From a virus: a stretch of DNA of 42,398 bases. Both the position numbers and the translations under genes were made by a program. The notes below the pieces were generated by a model that was given only the letters and a program-made list of their open reading frames with translations, was not told the DNA's origin and made no database searches. The stretch's first letter is position 1, and each line of letters starts with the position of its first letter. The DNA lies in the IMG/VR virus record IMGVR_UViG_3300050500_000090; one strand, 5' to 3'. Positions 34,300-41,403 of this stretch are shown in pieces.

Positions 34300-34430
34300 T
34301 TGGGCAGTCTCCCTGTTCCGTTGCAGCGGGGACAAGGAGCCTGATGAATGCCGCCCTTGCCGTCTGGGATGGTTATGATGCCATTAGCGCAGATGTCGCA
34401 AGGCTTGGTCTTCTCTTCGTAATCGTTCAC
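34296..34430 (-). CDS. 44-aa DnaJ-type zinc-finger micro-protein (below ORF-track cutoff)
   Basis: GTG 34430 overlaps the upstream TAG (TAGTG), with AGGA 9 nt upstream. Translation: (M)NDYEEKTKPCDICANGIITIPDGKGGIHQAPCPRCNGTGRLPK. The stop overlaps the next ATG. Confidence 0.5.
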   Translation of the reverse strand: MNDYEEKTKPCDICANGIITIPDGKGGIHQAPCPRCNGTGRLPK

Positions 34431-34879
34431 TAGAATAGTCCTTCGGTTGTGAGTTTCATCTCATTGCGGAGATCCGACGTGTCATCACCACTCTCCTGCA
34501 AAAACCTTACGAAATAATGAAAGTCCTGCGCGCTCGGAATGGCCTTCGGCCTCATGCGACGATCAAACTTGACAGCCTTGCCAGTAAAGCGATCATGAAC
34601 GTTGATGACACGACACCACAAGTTTCCGTCAGCATCCAAGCCGAGCACTTGCCACACGTTGCGCGCTGCGCCGACGAACTCGGTAGAGATGCGCGAGAGC
34701 CAGACATTGGCCTCCGCTTGCTTTGTGGTGCTCTTAGGCTGTTTGGCCTTAGCGTCGGCATTCAGCCAGAAATCCAAGTGCTGGCGGAGGTAGTGCCGCT
34801 CGGGGATCGGCTGAACTCCATAGACGATAAGCACCTCGTTAAGAGCGTTGAAGGCTGCGTCGTTGATCTCGGTGGACAT
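34430..34879 (-). CDS. First leftward early protein, 149 aa, function unknown
   Basis: Internal ATG (MSTEINDAAFNAL...) with AAAGGAGAACGCTT upstream. The upstream part of track ORF 34430..35017 lies in the AT-rich intergenic DNA. Confidence 0.7.
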   Translation of the reverse strand: MSTEINDAAFNALNEVLIVYGVQPIPERHYLRQHLDFWLNADAKAKQPKSTTKQAEANVWLSRISTEFVGAARNVWQVLGLDADGNLWCRVINVHDRFTGKAVKFDRRMRPKAIPSAQDFHYFVRFLQESGDDTSDLRNEMKLTTEGLF

Positions 34880-34904
34880 AAGCGTTCTCCTTTGTTTAAG
34901 TCTG

Positions 34905-34934
34905 TATATAACCTGAAATATGTATTCGCAACAA
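34905..34934 (-). promoter_or_regulatory. Candidate leftward early promoter
   Basis: On the - strand: TTGTTG (34934..34929), 18-nt spacer, TATATA (34910..34905). It lies about 25 nt upstream of the ATG at 34879. Confidence 0.3.
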
Positions 34935-34989
34935 TTATCTGATTTCAACTCTAGGTTGATTGCTTTACACGACATACAACTTATTGGAA

Positions 34990-35230
34990 GGTCACAGTTT
35001 TGGACTTGGGACTTCACAGAAAATGTGACCGAAAAAACCCTTAAAAATCAACGCTTTTATACCCTAAGTCACAGTTCACAATTTATAAAGGGGGTAGGGG
35101 TATAGAAGAATTCCGGTAGACGCATAGGGGTATATATACCTGTCAAAGGAACACTATGCAGTTTACGGCCTATATCCAAAACAGCCATTGTGACCGGGGA
35201 CTTGTGACCTTCTATCTAGGATTGTGTGAC
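34990..35230. promoter_or_regulatory. Repeat-dense AT-rich divergent control region (candidate operators/iterons, possible origin)
   Basis: TGTGACC at 35024, 35189 and 35203, and as GGTCACA at 34990. TGTGAC/GTCACA at 35225 and 35068. Degenerate TTCACA(G) at 35013 and 35075. TAGGGGTATA at 35095 and 35125. Palindrome GGTATATATACC at 35129..35140. CTAGGTTGA (34951) / TCAACCTAG (35239) flank the region. Confidence 0.6.
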
Positions 35231-35255
35231 TTTCGCTCTCAACCTAGAAGGGAAC

Positions 35256-35311
35256 GCGGCCGAGCGGAGGCTTGCCGGAGGGTAAGACGGTAGCCTACGA
35301 CGCTCGGCCGC
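35256..35311 (+). other. GC-rich stem-loop in the leader of the rightward operon
   Basis: GCGGCCGAGCG(35256-66)/CGCTCGGCCGC(35301-11): 11-bp perfect stem, 34-nt loop with inner AGGCT/AGCCT pairing. It is followed by two self-complementary GCCATGGC octamers (35314-21, 35342-49). Confidence 0.7.
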
Positions 35312-35378
35312 TAGCCATGGCGCGGTTGCGGCGGCGTTCGGGCCATGGCATAGCTTGAGCGTATCGAAGGGGTAAGAC

Positions 35379-35708
35379 ATGATCAACGGCAATCAGAAGG
35401 GTAAGGCTGGCGAACGCGAGCTTGCGGCAGAGCTTCGCGAGCGCGGCTTTGCGGCACGGCGCGCCCAGCAGTATAGCGGCACGGACGGAAGCCAGGACAT
35501 CAAGCACGACCTGCCCGGCGTGCATCTGGAGTGCAAGAGGGTGGAGCGGCTGAACGTTCTGAACGCCTACCTGCAAGCCCAGCGAGACGCCCAGGCTGGC
35601 GGTCTGATGCCGGTTGTTGCGCACCGTTGCAATCGGTCGCCCTGGCTCGTAACCTTGAGCCTGGACGACTTCTTGCAGCTTGTGCGTGGTGAGGATCTGC
35701 TGGCGTGA
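35379..35708 (+). CDS. PD-(D/E)XK endonuclease, Holliday-junction-resolvase-like
   Basis: 109 aa. GERELAAELRERGF...DGSQDIKHDLPGVHLECKR gives an E...D...E-x-K layout. GAAGGGG upstream of the ATG. Confidence 0.7.
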   Translation: MINGNQKGKAGERELAAELRERGFAARRAQQYSGTDGSQDIKHDLPGVHLECKRVERLNVLNAYLQAQRDAQAGGLMPVVAHRCNRSPWLVTLSLDDFLQLVRGEDLLA

Positions 35709-36250
35709 GTGCGATCACTGAAGAGCAACGGCGGTTCATCCTGCTATTCATCACGGACGGGGAGCGCGACCTCTTTCGAACGTGCTCACAGCTCGCCATA
35801 AGGCCGTCCGTGGCACAGAGCTGGTTTCGGGACCAGGGCTTCCAGAAGACGCTTAAGCAGGCTCAGGCCATGAAGCTGGCCACCATGGGCTATGACGCAC
35901 TGTTTGTCATGGAAGACATCCTCGCCATAGCGCACAGCGATATCGCGAAGGTGCAGGTTGTGCAGGGCGAAGGGTTGGACAGCATTCCGCGTCATGTCCG
36001 CGTCGCCGTGAAGACAGTCGAGTTCGGTATCGGCGTGAAGGCTGACGGCGAGGTCTTCACCTATCCGAAGAAGATCGTCATGCATGACAAAGCCTGGGCG
36101 CTTCAGAAGGTCGCCGAATGGCATGATGTTGCCGCAATGGTGCGCAATGGCGGAGTGCAGCCAGACGACGGGCCTAAGCGCCTTGCCGGTCTGGTAGTGC
36201 GTCCTCCGATCACGAAGGACGAGGCAGACGGTGAGGAGCTGCTAAAATGA
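35705..36250 (+). CDS. terS: Terminase small subunit (Terminase_2-like)
   Basis: GTG start overlapping the upstream TGA. ITEEQRRFILLFITDGERDLFRTCSQLAIRPSVAQSWF (HTH-like N-terminus) and ...IVMHDKAWALQKVAEWH. Its position upstream of terL supports the call. Confidence 0.7.
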   Translation: MSAITEEQRRFILLFITDGERDLFRTCSQLAIRPSVAQSWFRDQGFQKTLKQAQAMKLATMGYDALFVMEDILAIAHSDIAKVQVVQGEGLDSIPRHVRVAVKTVEFGIGVKADGEVFTYPKKIVMHDKAWALQKVAEWHDVAAMVRNGGVQPDDGPKRLAGLVVRPPITKDEADGEELLK

Positions 36251-36336
36251 TGGATGGTTTCGAAAAGGTGCTGTTCGCTTATGCTGCGCTGGCCGTCTTG
36301 GTCGGCTTCGGCCTGGGCTGGCTGGTGTTCGGATGA
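36247..36336 (+). CDS. 29-aa single-TM micro-protein (below ORF-track cutoff)
   Basis: Translation: MMDGFEKVLFAYAALAVLVGFGLGWLVFG. ATGA overlaps at both ends (terS stop and ATG 36333). Confidence 0.4.
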   Translation: MMDGFEKVLFAYAALAVLVGFGLGWLVFG

Positions 36337-36530
36337 CTGAGAGCGTATCCTGCTGGGCTATCACGGACGTTGATAGCCTTGTCCACGTTCGCGGCGGAGC
36401 CTGGGAAGTCTCGCATGCGGCGAGAGACGGTAGCAAGCAATGCTGCACTGTGATATTCAGCGGTCCTGACGCTCGGAAACGTGCGGAATGGTACGCAGAC
36501 TATCTCAGAGGCGAGGAATTGCTTGAATGA
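36333..36530 (+). CDS. Hypothetical protein, 65 aa
   Basis: Translationally coupled on both sides (ATGA). No motif recognised. Confidence 0.55.
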   Translation: MTESVSCWAITDVDSLVHVRGGAWEVSHAARDGSKQCCTVIFSGPDARKRAEWYADYLRGEELLE

Positions 36531-36808
36531 CCGTCTATGTGGATACCATGCGGCATCCGTTTGGGCGCATGATCATGTGTCACATGTTCGCGAATACAGA
36601 CGCCGAGCTGCATAAGATGGCTGCGCGTATCGGCGTCGCCCGTATCTGGCATCAACGGCCGCCCTGCGACGCTCCTGGAATGAATGCGTCATGGTCTCAC
36701 TACGATATCAGCGTGTCAAAGCGCAAATTAGCTATTGCTTACGGCGCTGAAATCATCGAATACAGACAGCTTGCAGACTTTCTAAGAGGTTTGGAGCTGT
36801 TGAAATGA
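36527..36808 (+). CDS. DUF4031-like protein, 93 aa
   Basis: VYVDTMRHPFG..MCHMFANTDAELHKMAARIGVARIW......HYDIS..KRKLAIAYGAEII matches the family pattern as I recall it. Confidence 0.65.
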   Translation: MTVYVDTMRHPFGRMIMCHMFANTDAELHKMAARIGVARIWHQRPPCDAPGMNASWSHYDISVSKRKLAIAYGAEIIEYRQLADFLRGLELLK

Positions 36809-36990
36809 ACGGATCTGTAGCATCACCTAATTTCCCTTTGTTCATGACGCTGGTTATCGTGGTCGCGTTCTCGATCATGCAGTCAGAATGTCACGACGAT
36901 AGCAGCATTGAAGACTGTTCGAAGCGAAACAAGCCGCAATACCACGTCCAAGACGGTGAATGGACGTGTAAAGACAGAGAAGGCCGCTAG
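36805..36990 (+). CDS. Small membrane protein, 61 aa, with a Cys-containing C-terminal part
   Basis: TM segment FPLFMTLVIVVAFSIM. ATGA overlap with the upstream gene. The segment is visibly AT-richer. Confidence 0.55.
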   Translation: MNGSVASPNFPLFMTLVIVVAFSIMQSECHDDSSIEDCSKRNKPQYHVQDGEWTCKDREGR

Positions 36991-36993
36991 AGT

Positions 36994-38676
36994 ATGCATC
37001 TGATACCAGCTAAATCCATCGATCTGACGCTTCCAGAAGGCTTTAAGCTGGTAAACGGCGAGATTGTCGAAGGCATAGACAAAGATGGAATGATCAATGT
37101 CGCCTTCGACCACTCGCCGACGCTCTGGCGCTTCTTCAACTCTCGGAAGCGAACGAGGATCATCCTGGGGCCTGTTGGCTCTGGGAAAACCGTGACGTGC
37201 TGCGTTGATCCTTACGCTATCGCCATGAACCAGGAGCCGGGAAATGACGGCGTCCGTCCATTCAAGCTGGCTATCGTTCGCAACAGTATGCCGGAGCTGT
37301 GGCGTACGACAATTGCAACTTGGCTTGGCATTTACGACGAAGGAAAGTGCGGAATGCTGCGCCGATCCGCGCCTATTTCACACTCTATTGTCGTTCCAGA
37401 CCTCGGAGACGGAACTTCTCTGCATTTTGAAGTTGAGTTCTTTAGTCTCGATAGGCCCGACCAAGTGAAAGCGCTGCTCTCGTATGAGTGCACGATGATC
37501 TATTTCAACGAGATGCGCGAAATCCCGCGACCGATTGTGGACGCTGCTGGCGACCGTATTGGCCGTTACCCCAGCATGAAGAAGGGCGGCGTCATGCCTA
37601 CCTTCATGGGGATCATCGGCGACAGCAACCCGCCTGACAAGGATCATTGGCTCTATCGTGCGTATGAGCAGCCTCCGGAAGGATGGGAGTTCTTCTTGCA
37701 GCCTGCTGGACTGTCGGAAGTCGAAGAGATCAAGGCAGGCGTGTTCAAGGCTAAGCCAGGGGAGCCGGATGTCGGCGAGATCGGACCAGACCTCACAGCA
37801 ACAACCTTCAACGGGAAGACTTGGGCCGTTAACCCGAATGCGGAGAACCTTCCAAACCTTCCGATTGATAAGACATTTGATCCAACTTTCAAGAAGCTCG
37901 GGAAGGGGAATTACTATCTCTCGCGTGTCTCTGGCAAAACGCAGAGTTGGATTGACGGTTACTATCGAAATAAGTTCACGTTTGTAGTTGATGGCCAGCC
38001 TGTTATCCCTGAGTTCAACCTTGAACAGATGGCCGTTGACCATCTCGAAGTGCTGCCGAACGTGCCGATTGGTGGCGGCTACGACGTCGGCTCAGGCACG
38101 CTTGCGCCTGCCGGGCTCGCATGCCAGATGCATCCGTCTGGGATCTATCTCGTTCATGCTGAGGTGACGCTCGAAGAGATCGGCCTTGTTGAGTTCGGTC
38201 AACAGATGGTTCGCATGCTGAAGACCGAATTCCCGGATCATGAGCTAGAGGAGTTCTTCGGCGATCCGGCAGGCGCGGCGCGCGATGGCATCCACAAGAA
38301 GAGCTACTACGACCACCTCAAGAGCTACGGTCTGCCGGTCAAGGCCGCGCCGACGAACGATCCTGAACTTCGGATCGACGCGCTGAAGGCTCCCATGCTG
38401 CGCAACGTTCGCGCTCGCCCTGGCATCCTGATCAATCGCCGACGCTGCCCGCGTCTGGTCAAGGGCTTGTCTGGCGCGTGGCACTATCGACGCCTGCAAG
38501 TGGCGGGCTCGGAAAGGTTTGCGTCGGCTCCCGAAAAGAGCATATATTCGCACGTCTGCGAAGCGCTCGGATATTACCTTTGCGGCAAGGGCGAGATCAA
38601 AACCCTGCGCGGCAAGGATAAGAGCCGTCAGCGACAGCCGGAGCGCGACAGCGATCACGATTACGACTATTGGTAG
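36994..38676 (+). CDS. terL: Terminase large subunit
   Basis: Walker A ILGPVGSGKT. Walker B-like TMIYFNEMRE. C-terminal nuclease-like region GGGYDVGSG...FGDPAG. 560 aa. Confidence 0.9.
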   Translation: MHLIPAKSIDLTLPEGFKLVNGEIVEGIDKDGMINVAFDHSPTLWRFFNSRKRTRIILGPVGSGKTVTCCVDPYAIAMNQEPGNDGVRPFKLAIVRNSMPELWRTTIATWLGIYDEGKCGMLRRSAPISHSIVVPDLGDGTSLHFEVEFFSLDRPDQVKALLSYECTMIYFNEMREIPRPIVDAAGDRIGRYPSMKKGGVMPTFMGIIGDSNPPDKDHWLYRAYEQPPEGWEFFLQPAGLSEVEEIKAGVFKAKPGEPDVGEIGPDLTATTFNGKTWAVNPNAENLPNLPIDKTFDPTFKKLGKGNYYLSRVSGKTQSWIDGYYRNKFTFVVDGQPVIPEFNLEQMAVDHLEVLPNVPIGGGYDVGSGTLAPAGLACQMHPSGIYLVHAEVTLEEIGLVEFGQQMVRMLKTEFPDHELEEFFGDPAGAARDGIHKKSYYDHLKSYGLPVKAAPTNDPELRIDALKAPMLRNVRARPGILINRRRCPRLVKGLSGAWHYRRLQVAGSERFASAPEKSIYSHVCEALGYYLCGKGEIKTLRGKDKSRQRQPERDSDHDYDYW

Positions 38677-38684
38677 AGGCTGCA

Positions 38685-38894
38685 ATGCAAAGTCTATTTG
38701 GGGTAGAAAAGCCCAAGCCAGCGCCGATCATTCCGCCTGCCCCGCCTCCGCCGACCGTCAACGAGGCGCAAGAGCGGCAGGTAAGCTCTGACAGAACCCG
38801 GTTTCGCAAAGGCGCTGCCGCGAACCGTCTATCCACGCCAGCAGCCCCACAAGGCCGCGTCGGCGTCTACAGAGCCCTTGGAGGTGGCGTATGA
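38685..38894 (+). CDS. Hypothetical Pro-rich protein, 69 aa
   Basis: ATG 38685 (MQSLFGVEKPKPAPIIPPAPPPP...) is preferred to the track's TTG at 38670. It lies between terL and the portal gene. Confidence 0.5.
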   Translation: MQSLFGVEKPKPAPIIPPAPPPPTVNEAQERQVSSDRTRFRKGAAANRLSTPAAPQGRVGVYRALGGGV

Positions 38895-39184
38895 CATCAG
38901 CAGCACAAGGCGACGTTGTCCAGCTCTCTGCGGCAGGCACAGCGTCCAGTGCGGGCTTTGCGTGGCGCGGCGGTATGGCGGCGCTTCTCGTTGACAATCT
39001 CAGCGGCACGCCGAGCCTGGAAATCCAGACGCCGTCAGGCGCATGGGTTGCGGCGCATGATCTCAACGGCGACGTGATCACGGCAGGCGCGACCGATCTG
39101 CACTTCACGGTTCTGTTGCCCGCGTGCCGCGCTCGGCTCTCGGCAGGTGGCGGCGCAATGAATGCGTGGTTGGTCGGCATCTGA
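38891..39184 (+). CDS. Hypothetical protein, 97 aa
   Basis: GGAGGTGG upstream of the ATG. ATGA overlap with the previous gene. Confidence 0.6.
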   Translation: MTSAAQGDVVQLSAAGTASSAGFAWRGGMAALLVDNLSGTPSLEIQTPSGAWVAAHDLNGDVITAGATDLHFTVLLPACRARLSAGGGAMNAWLVGI

Positions 39185-39193
39185 TTTCATAAG

Positions 39194-39205
39194 GCGTTTG
39201 AACGG
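39194..39205 (+). repeat. GCGTTTGAACGG dispersed 12-mer, exact copy 3
   Basis: Read directly from the sequence. Intergenic, ending 2 nt before the portal ATG 39208. Confidence 0.95.
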
Positions 39206-39207
39206 CC

Positions 39208-40842
39208 ATGGCTGATACTGACAGCGATATCGCTCGGCGCATCCTGCGGGATAGCGAGGCGGAGCAGGCAGACCGCGCGAACTTTGACGCGCTCTGGGAA
39301 GAGACCCGGAGGCGCATTGTTCCGTCCGCTGCCCGGTTCCAAGGCCGCGACACGCCTGGAGAGCGTCGGACCGAATGGCAGTTCGATAGTATGGCCGTGC
39401 TGGCTGTCGAGCGCTGCGCTGCCGTGTTCTCGGCGCTCAACATGCCGCGCTCGGAGAAGTACCAGAAGATCCAGGCGACAGAGCGCTCTATCCGCAAGTT
39501 CGTTGAGGTTCGGCAATGGTGCGAGAACCTTCGCGACGATATGTTCGATATGCGCTATGCGACAGCGAGCAACTTCGCGTCTCAGCTAACTGAAGTCATC
39601 ACAAGCCGCGTCGCCTTCGGCAATGGCGCTATGATGATCGAAGACAATCCCGGCAGGCCGACGAACTACAAGAGCCTGCCGCTGCCTTATACATGGTGGA
39701 GGGAAGCCGAGAACGGCAAAGTTAACTATATGCTGCGCAAGCTGCATTACAAGCCGTATCAGGCTATCGAGAAGTTCGGAGCCGACGTGTTGCCGGACAC
39801 GATAAAGAGCGCGGCTGTGAACAAGCCTAACCAGGAGTTTATCTTCTGGCACATGACCGCGCCGAACGACAGCCGCAACCCTCGTATCCGTGGCCCTGAG
39901 AGCATGGGCTTCACGTCGCACTACATCGCGGAAGCCGAAAAGACGTTGATCCAAACCGGAGGCTATCGCGTCTTTCCGTTCGCTATCGCGCGCGCCACGA
40001 CGGCCAGCAATGAGAAATATGGACGCGGACCAGCGCAGACGGTGCTCGCAGATATCAAGATGCGCAACGAGATGCGCAAGAGCATTCTGCGCTCTACCAA
40101 TCGCATGGCAGACCCGACGCTCCTCGTTGCCGACGATACTGCGCTTATGCCGTTCTCGCTGCGCCCAGGCTTCCGCAACCGTGGCTACATCACGGAAGAC
40201 GGGACGAAGCTCGCCGAACAGATGAAATGGGAAGGCGATCTCAATCCGGCTATGGTGCTGGACACGCAGACAGGCGAAGTCATCAAAGACGCCATGCTGC
40301 TGCGTGTGTTCGAAATGATGCTTGCTAACCCGAACATGACCGCTACGGAAGTGCTGGAGCGGCTGAAAGAGCGCGCGATCCTGCTCTCTCCTGATGGCTC
40401 GAAGTTCATGGATGAATTCGGCGGAGCTGTCACGGAGCGCGAGATCGACATTCTGGCCGCTCGCGGACGCATCACAGACATGCCAGAACCGCTTGCCCAG
40501 GCTCGCGGGGAGATCGACGTTCTGCCGAACGGTCCGCTTGCCCGTGCTCAGCGTGCTGAGGAGGCAACAGGTTTCTCGCGGACGCTGGAACAGGTCGTGC
40601 CGCTGGCGCAAGTCAATCCGAAGGAAATGCTCCGCTTCAAGACAAGCGAGATCGTTCCGGATCTGGCCGAGATCCACGGCATGCCCGCACGCTGGCTGCT
40701 GACGACGGAAGAGTTTGACGAACTCATGCAGCGCATGGCAGAACAGGAGGCGCAACAAACCGCGCTTACTGCCGCTCAGCCGCTTGCAACAGCAGCGAAG
40801 GACGCAGCCCAAGCACGGTTGTTTTCACAACAGAGTGCTTAG
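39208..40842 (+). CDS. Portal (head-to-tail connector) protein, T7 gp8-type
   Basis: 544 aa, lying after terL. The N-terminal ...RANFDALWEETRRRIVPSAARF... and the overall layout resemble podovirus connector proteins. Confidence 0.85.
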   Translation: MADTDSDIARRILRDSEAEQADRANFDALWEETRRRIVPSAARFQGRDTPGERRTEWQFDSMAVLAVERCAAVFSALNMPRSEKYQKIQATERSIRKFVEVRQWCENLRDDMFDMRYATASNFASQLTEVITSRVAFGNGAMMIEDNPGRPTNYKSLPLPYTWWREAENGKVNYMLRKLHYKPYQAIEKFGADVLPDTIKSAAVNKPNQEFIFWHMTAPNDSRNPRIRGPESMGFTSHYIAEAEKTLIQTGGYRVFPFAIARATTASNEKYGRGPAQTVLADIKMRNEMRKSILRSTNRMADPTLLVADDTALMPFSLRPGFRNRGYITEDGTKLAEQMKWEGDLNPAMVLDTQTGEVIKDAMLLRVFEMMLANPNMTATEVLERLKERAILLSPDGSKFMDEFGGAVTEREIDILAARGRITDMPEPLAQARGEIDVLPNGPLARAQRAEEATGFSRTLEQVVPLAQVNPKEMLRFKTSEIVPDLAEIHGMPARWLLTTEEFDELMQRMAEQEAQQTALTAAQPLATAAKDAAQARLFSQQSA

Positions 40843-40845
40843 ACA

Positions 40846-41403
40846 ATGGCAACGTTTCATAGAAAGAAGCAGACTGTTGAGGCCATTCAGTATGAGGGTG
40901 GTCTCGTCAGTGCGGCGAAGGTTATCGAGCTGTTCGGGCTCGAAGAAGACTGTTACAAGGCGAAGGAGAAAGCGCTTTACGTCGAAGGGACACAGGTCTT
41001 TCAAGGCTCCTGGGTGGTCCGCGAGCCATTCTTCGGCCGTGACATCTTCCGCTTTCTCTCCAACGAGGAGTTCAACGCGATCTTCGAGCCGTCAACGCCT
41101 GTAGGGCTTCCGGAGCGCTCTATCCCGCGCATGAGCTATCCAGCTGCGAAGCCGTTCGATCCTGTCGTAGTGGAGCCTAGTATCCCGGACAGGTCTGCCC
41201 TTCAGCACCGTATCGAAGCCTCGGAAGCGCTGAAGTATGAAGGCGCTGCGATGCCGCTTGGCGATGGTTCTTACGCTATCGCGCATCCGGACAGGCCCGC
41301 TGAGATACTTAGTCGCGACGGAAAGCGGGAGCTGATCGACACGGGCATAGGGATCTTTCCCGCGTCACAGTCCGTTAAAATCACCGATCCTTCGAGGCTG
41401 TAA
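40846..41403 (+). CDS. Hypothetical protein, 185 aa
   Basis: The N-terminal KKQTVEAIQYEGG...GSWVVREPF...FLSNEEFNAIFEP resembles a common small phage beta-barrel domain of unknown function. Confidence 0.65.
   Translation: MATFHRKKQTVEAIQYEGGLVSAAKVIELFGLEEDCYKAKEKALYVEGTQVFQGSWVVREPFFGRDIFRFLSNEEFNAIFEPSTPVGLPERSIPRMSYPAAKPFDPVVVEPSIPDRSALQHRIEASEALKYEGAAMPLGDGSYAIAHPDRPAEILSRDGKRELIDTGIGIFPASQSVKITDPSRL

Noticed and set aside
35295-35624. Minus-strand 109-aa ORF and 35500..35799 ORF across the leader and resolvase gene.
   Set aside because: They are antisense to a well-supported nuclease gene and span the structured non-coding leader. Their translations are Ala/Arg-rich low complexity.
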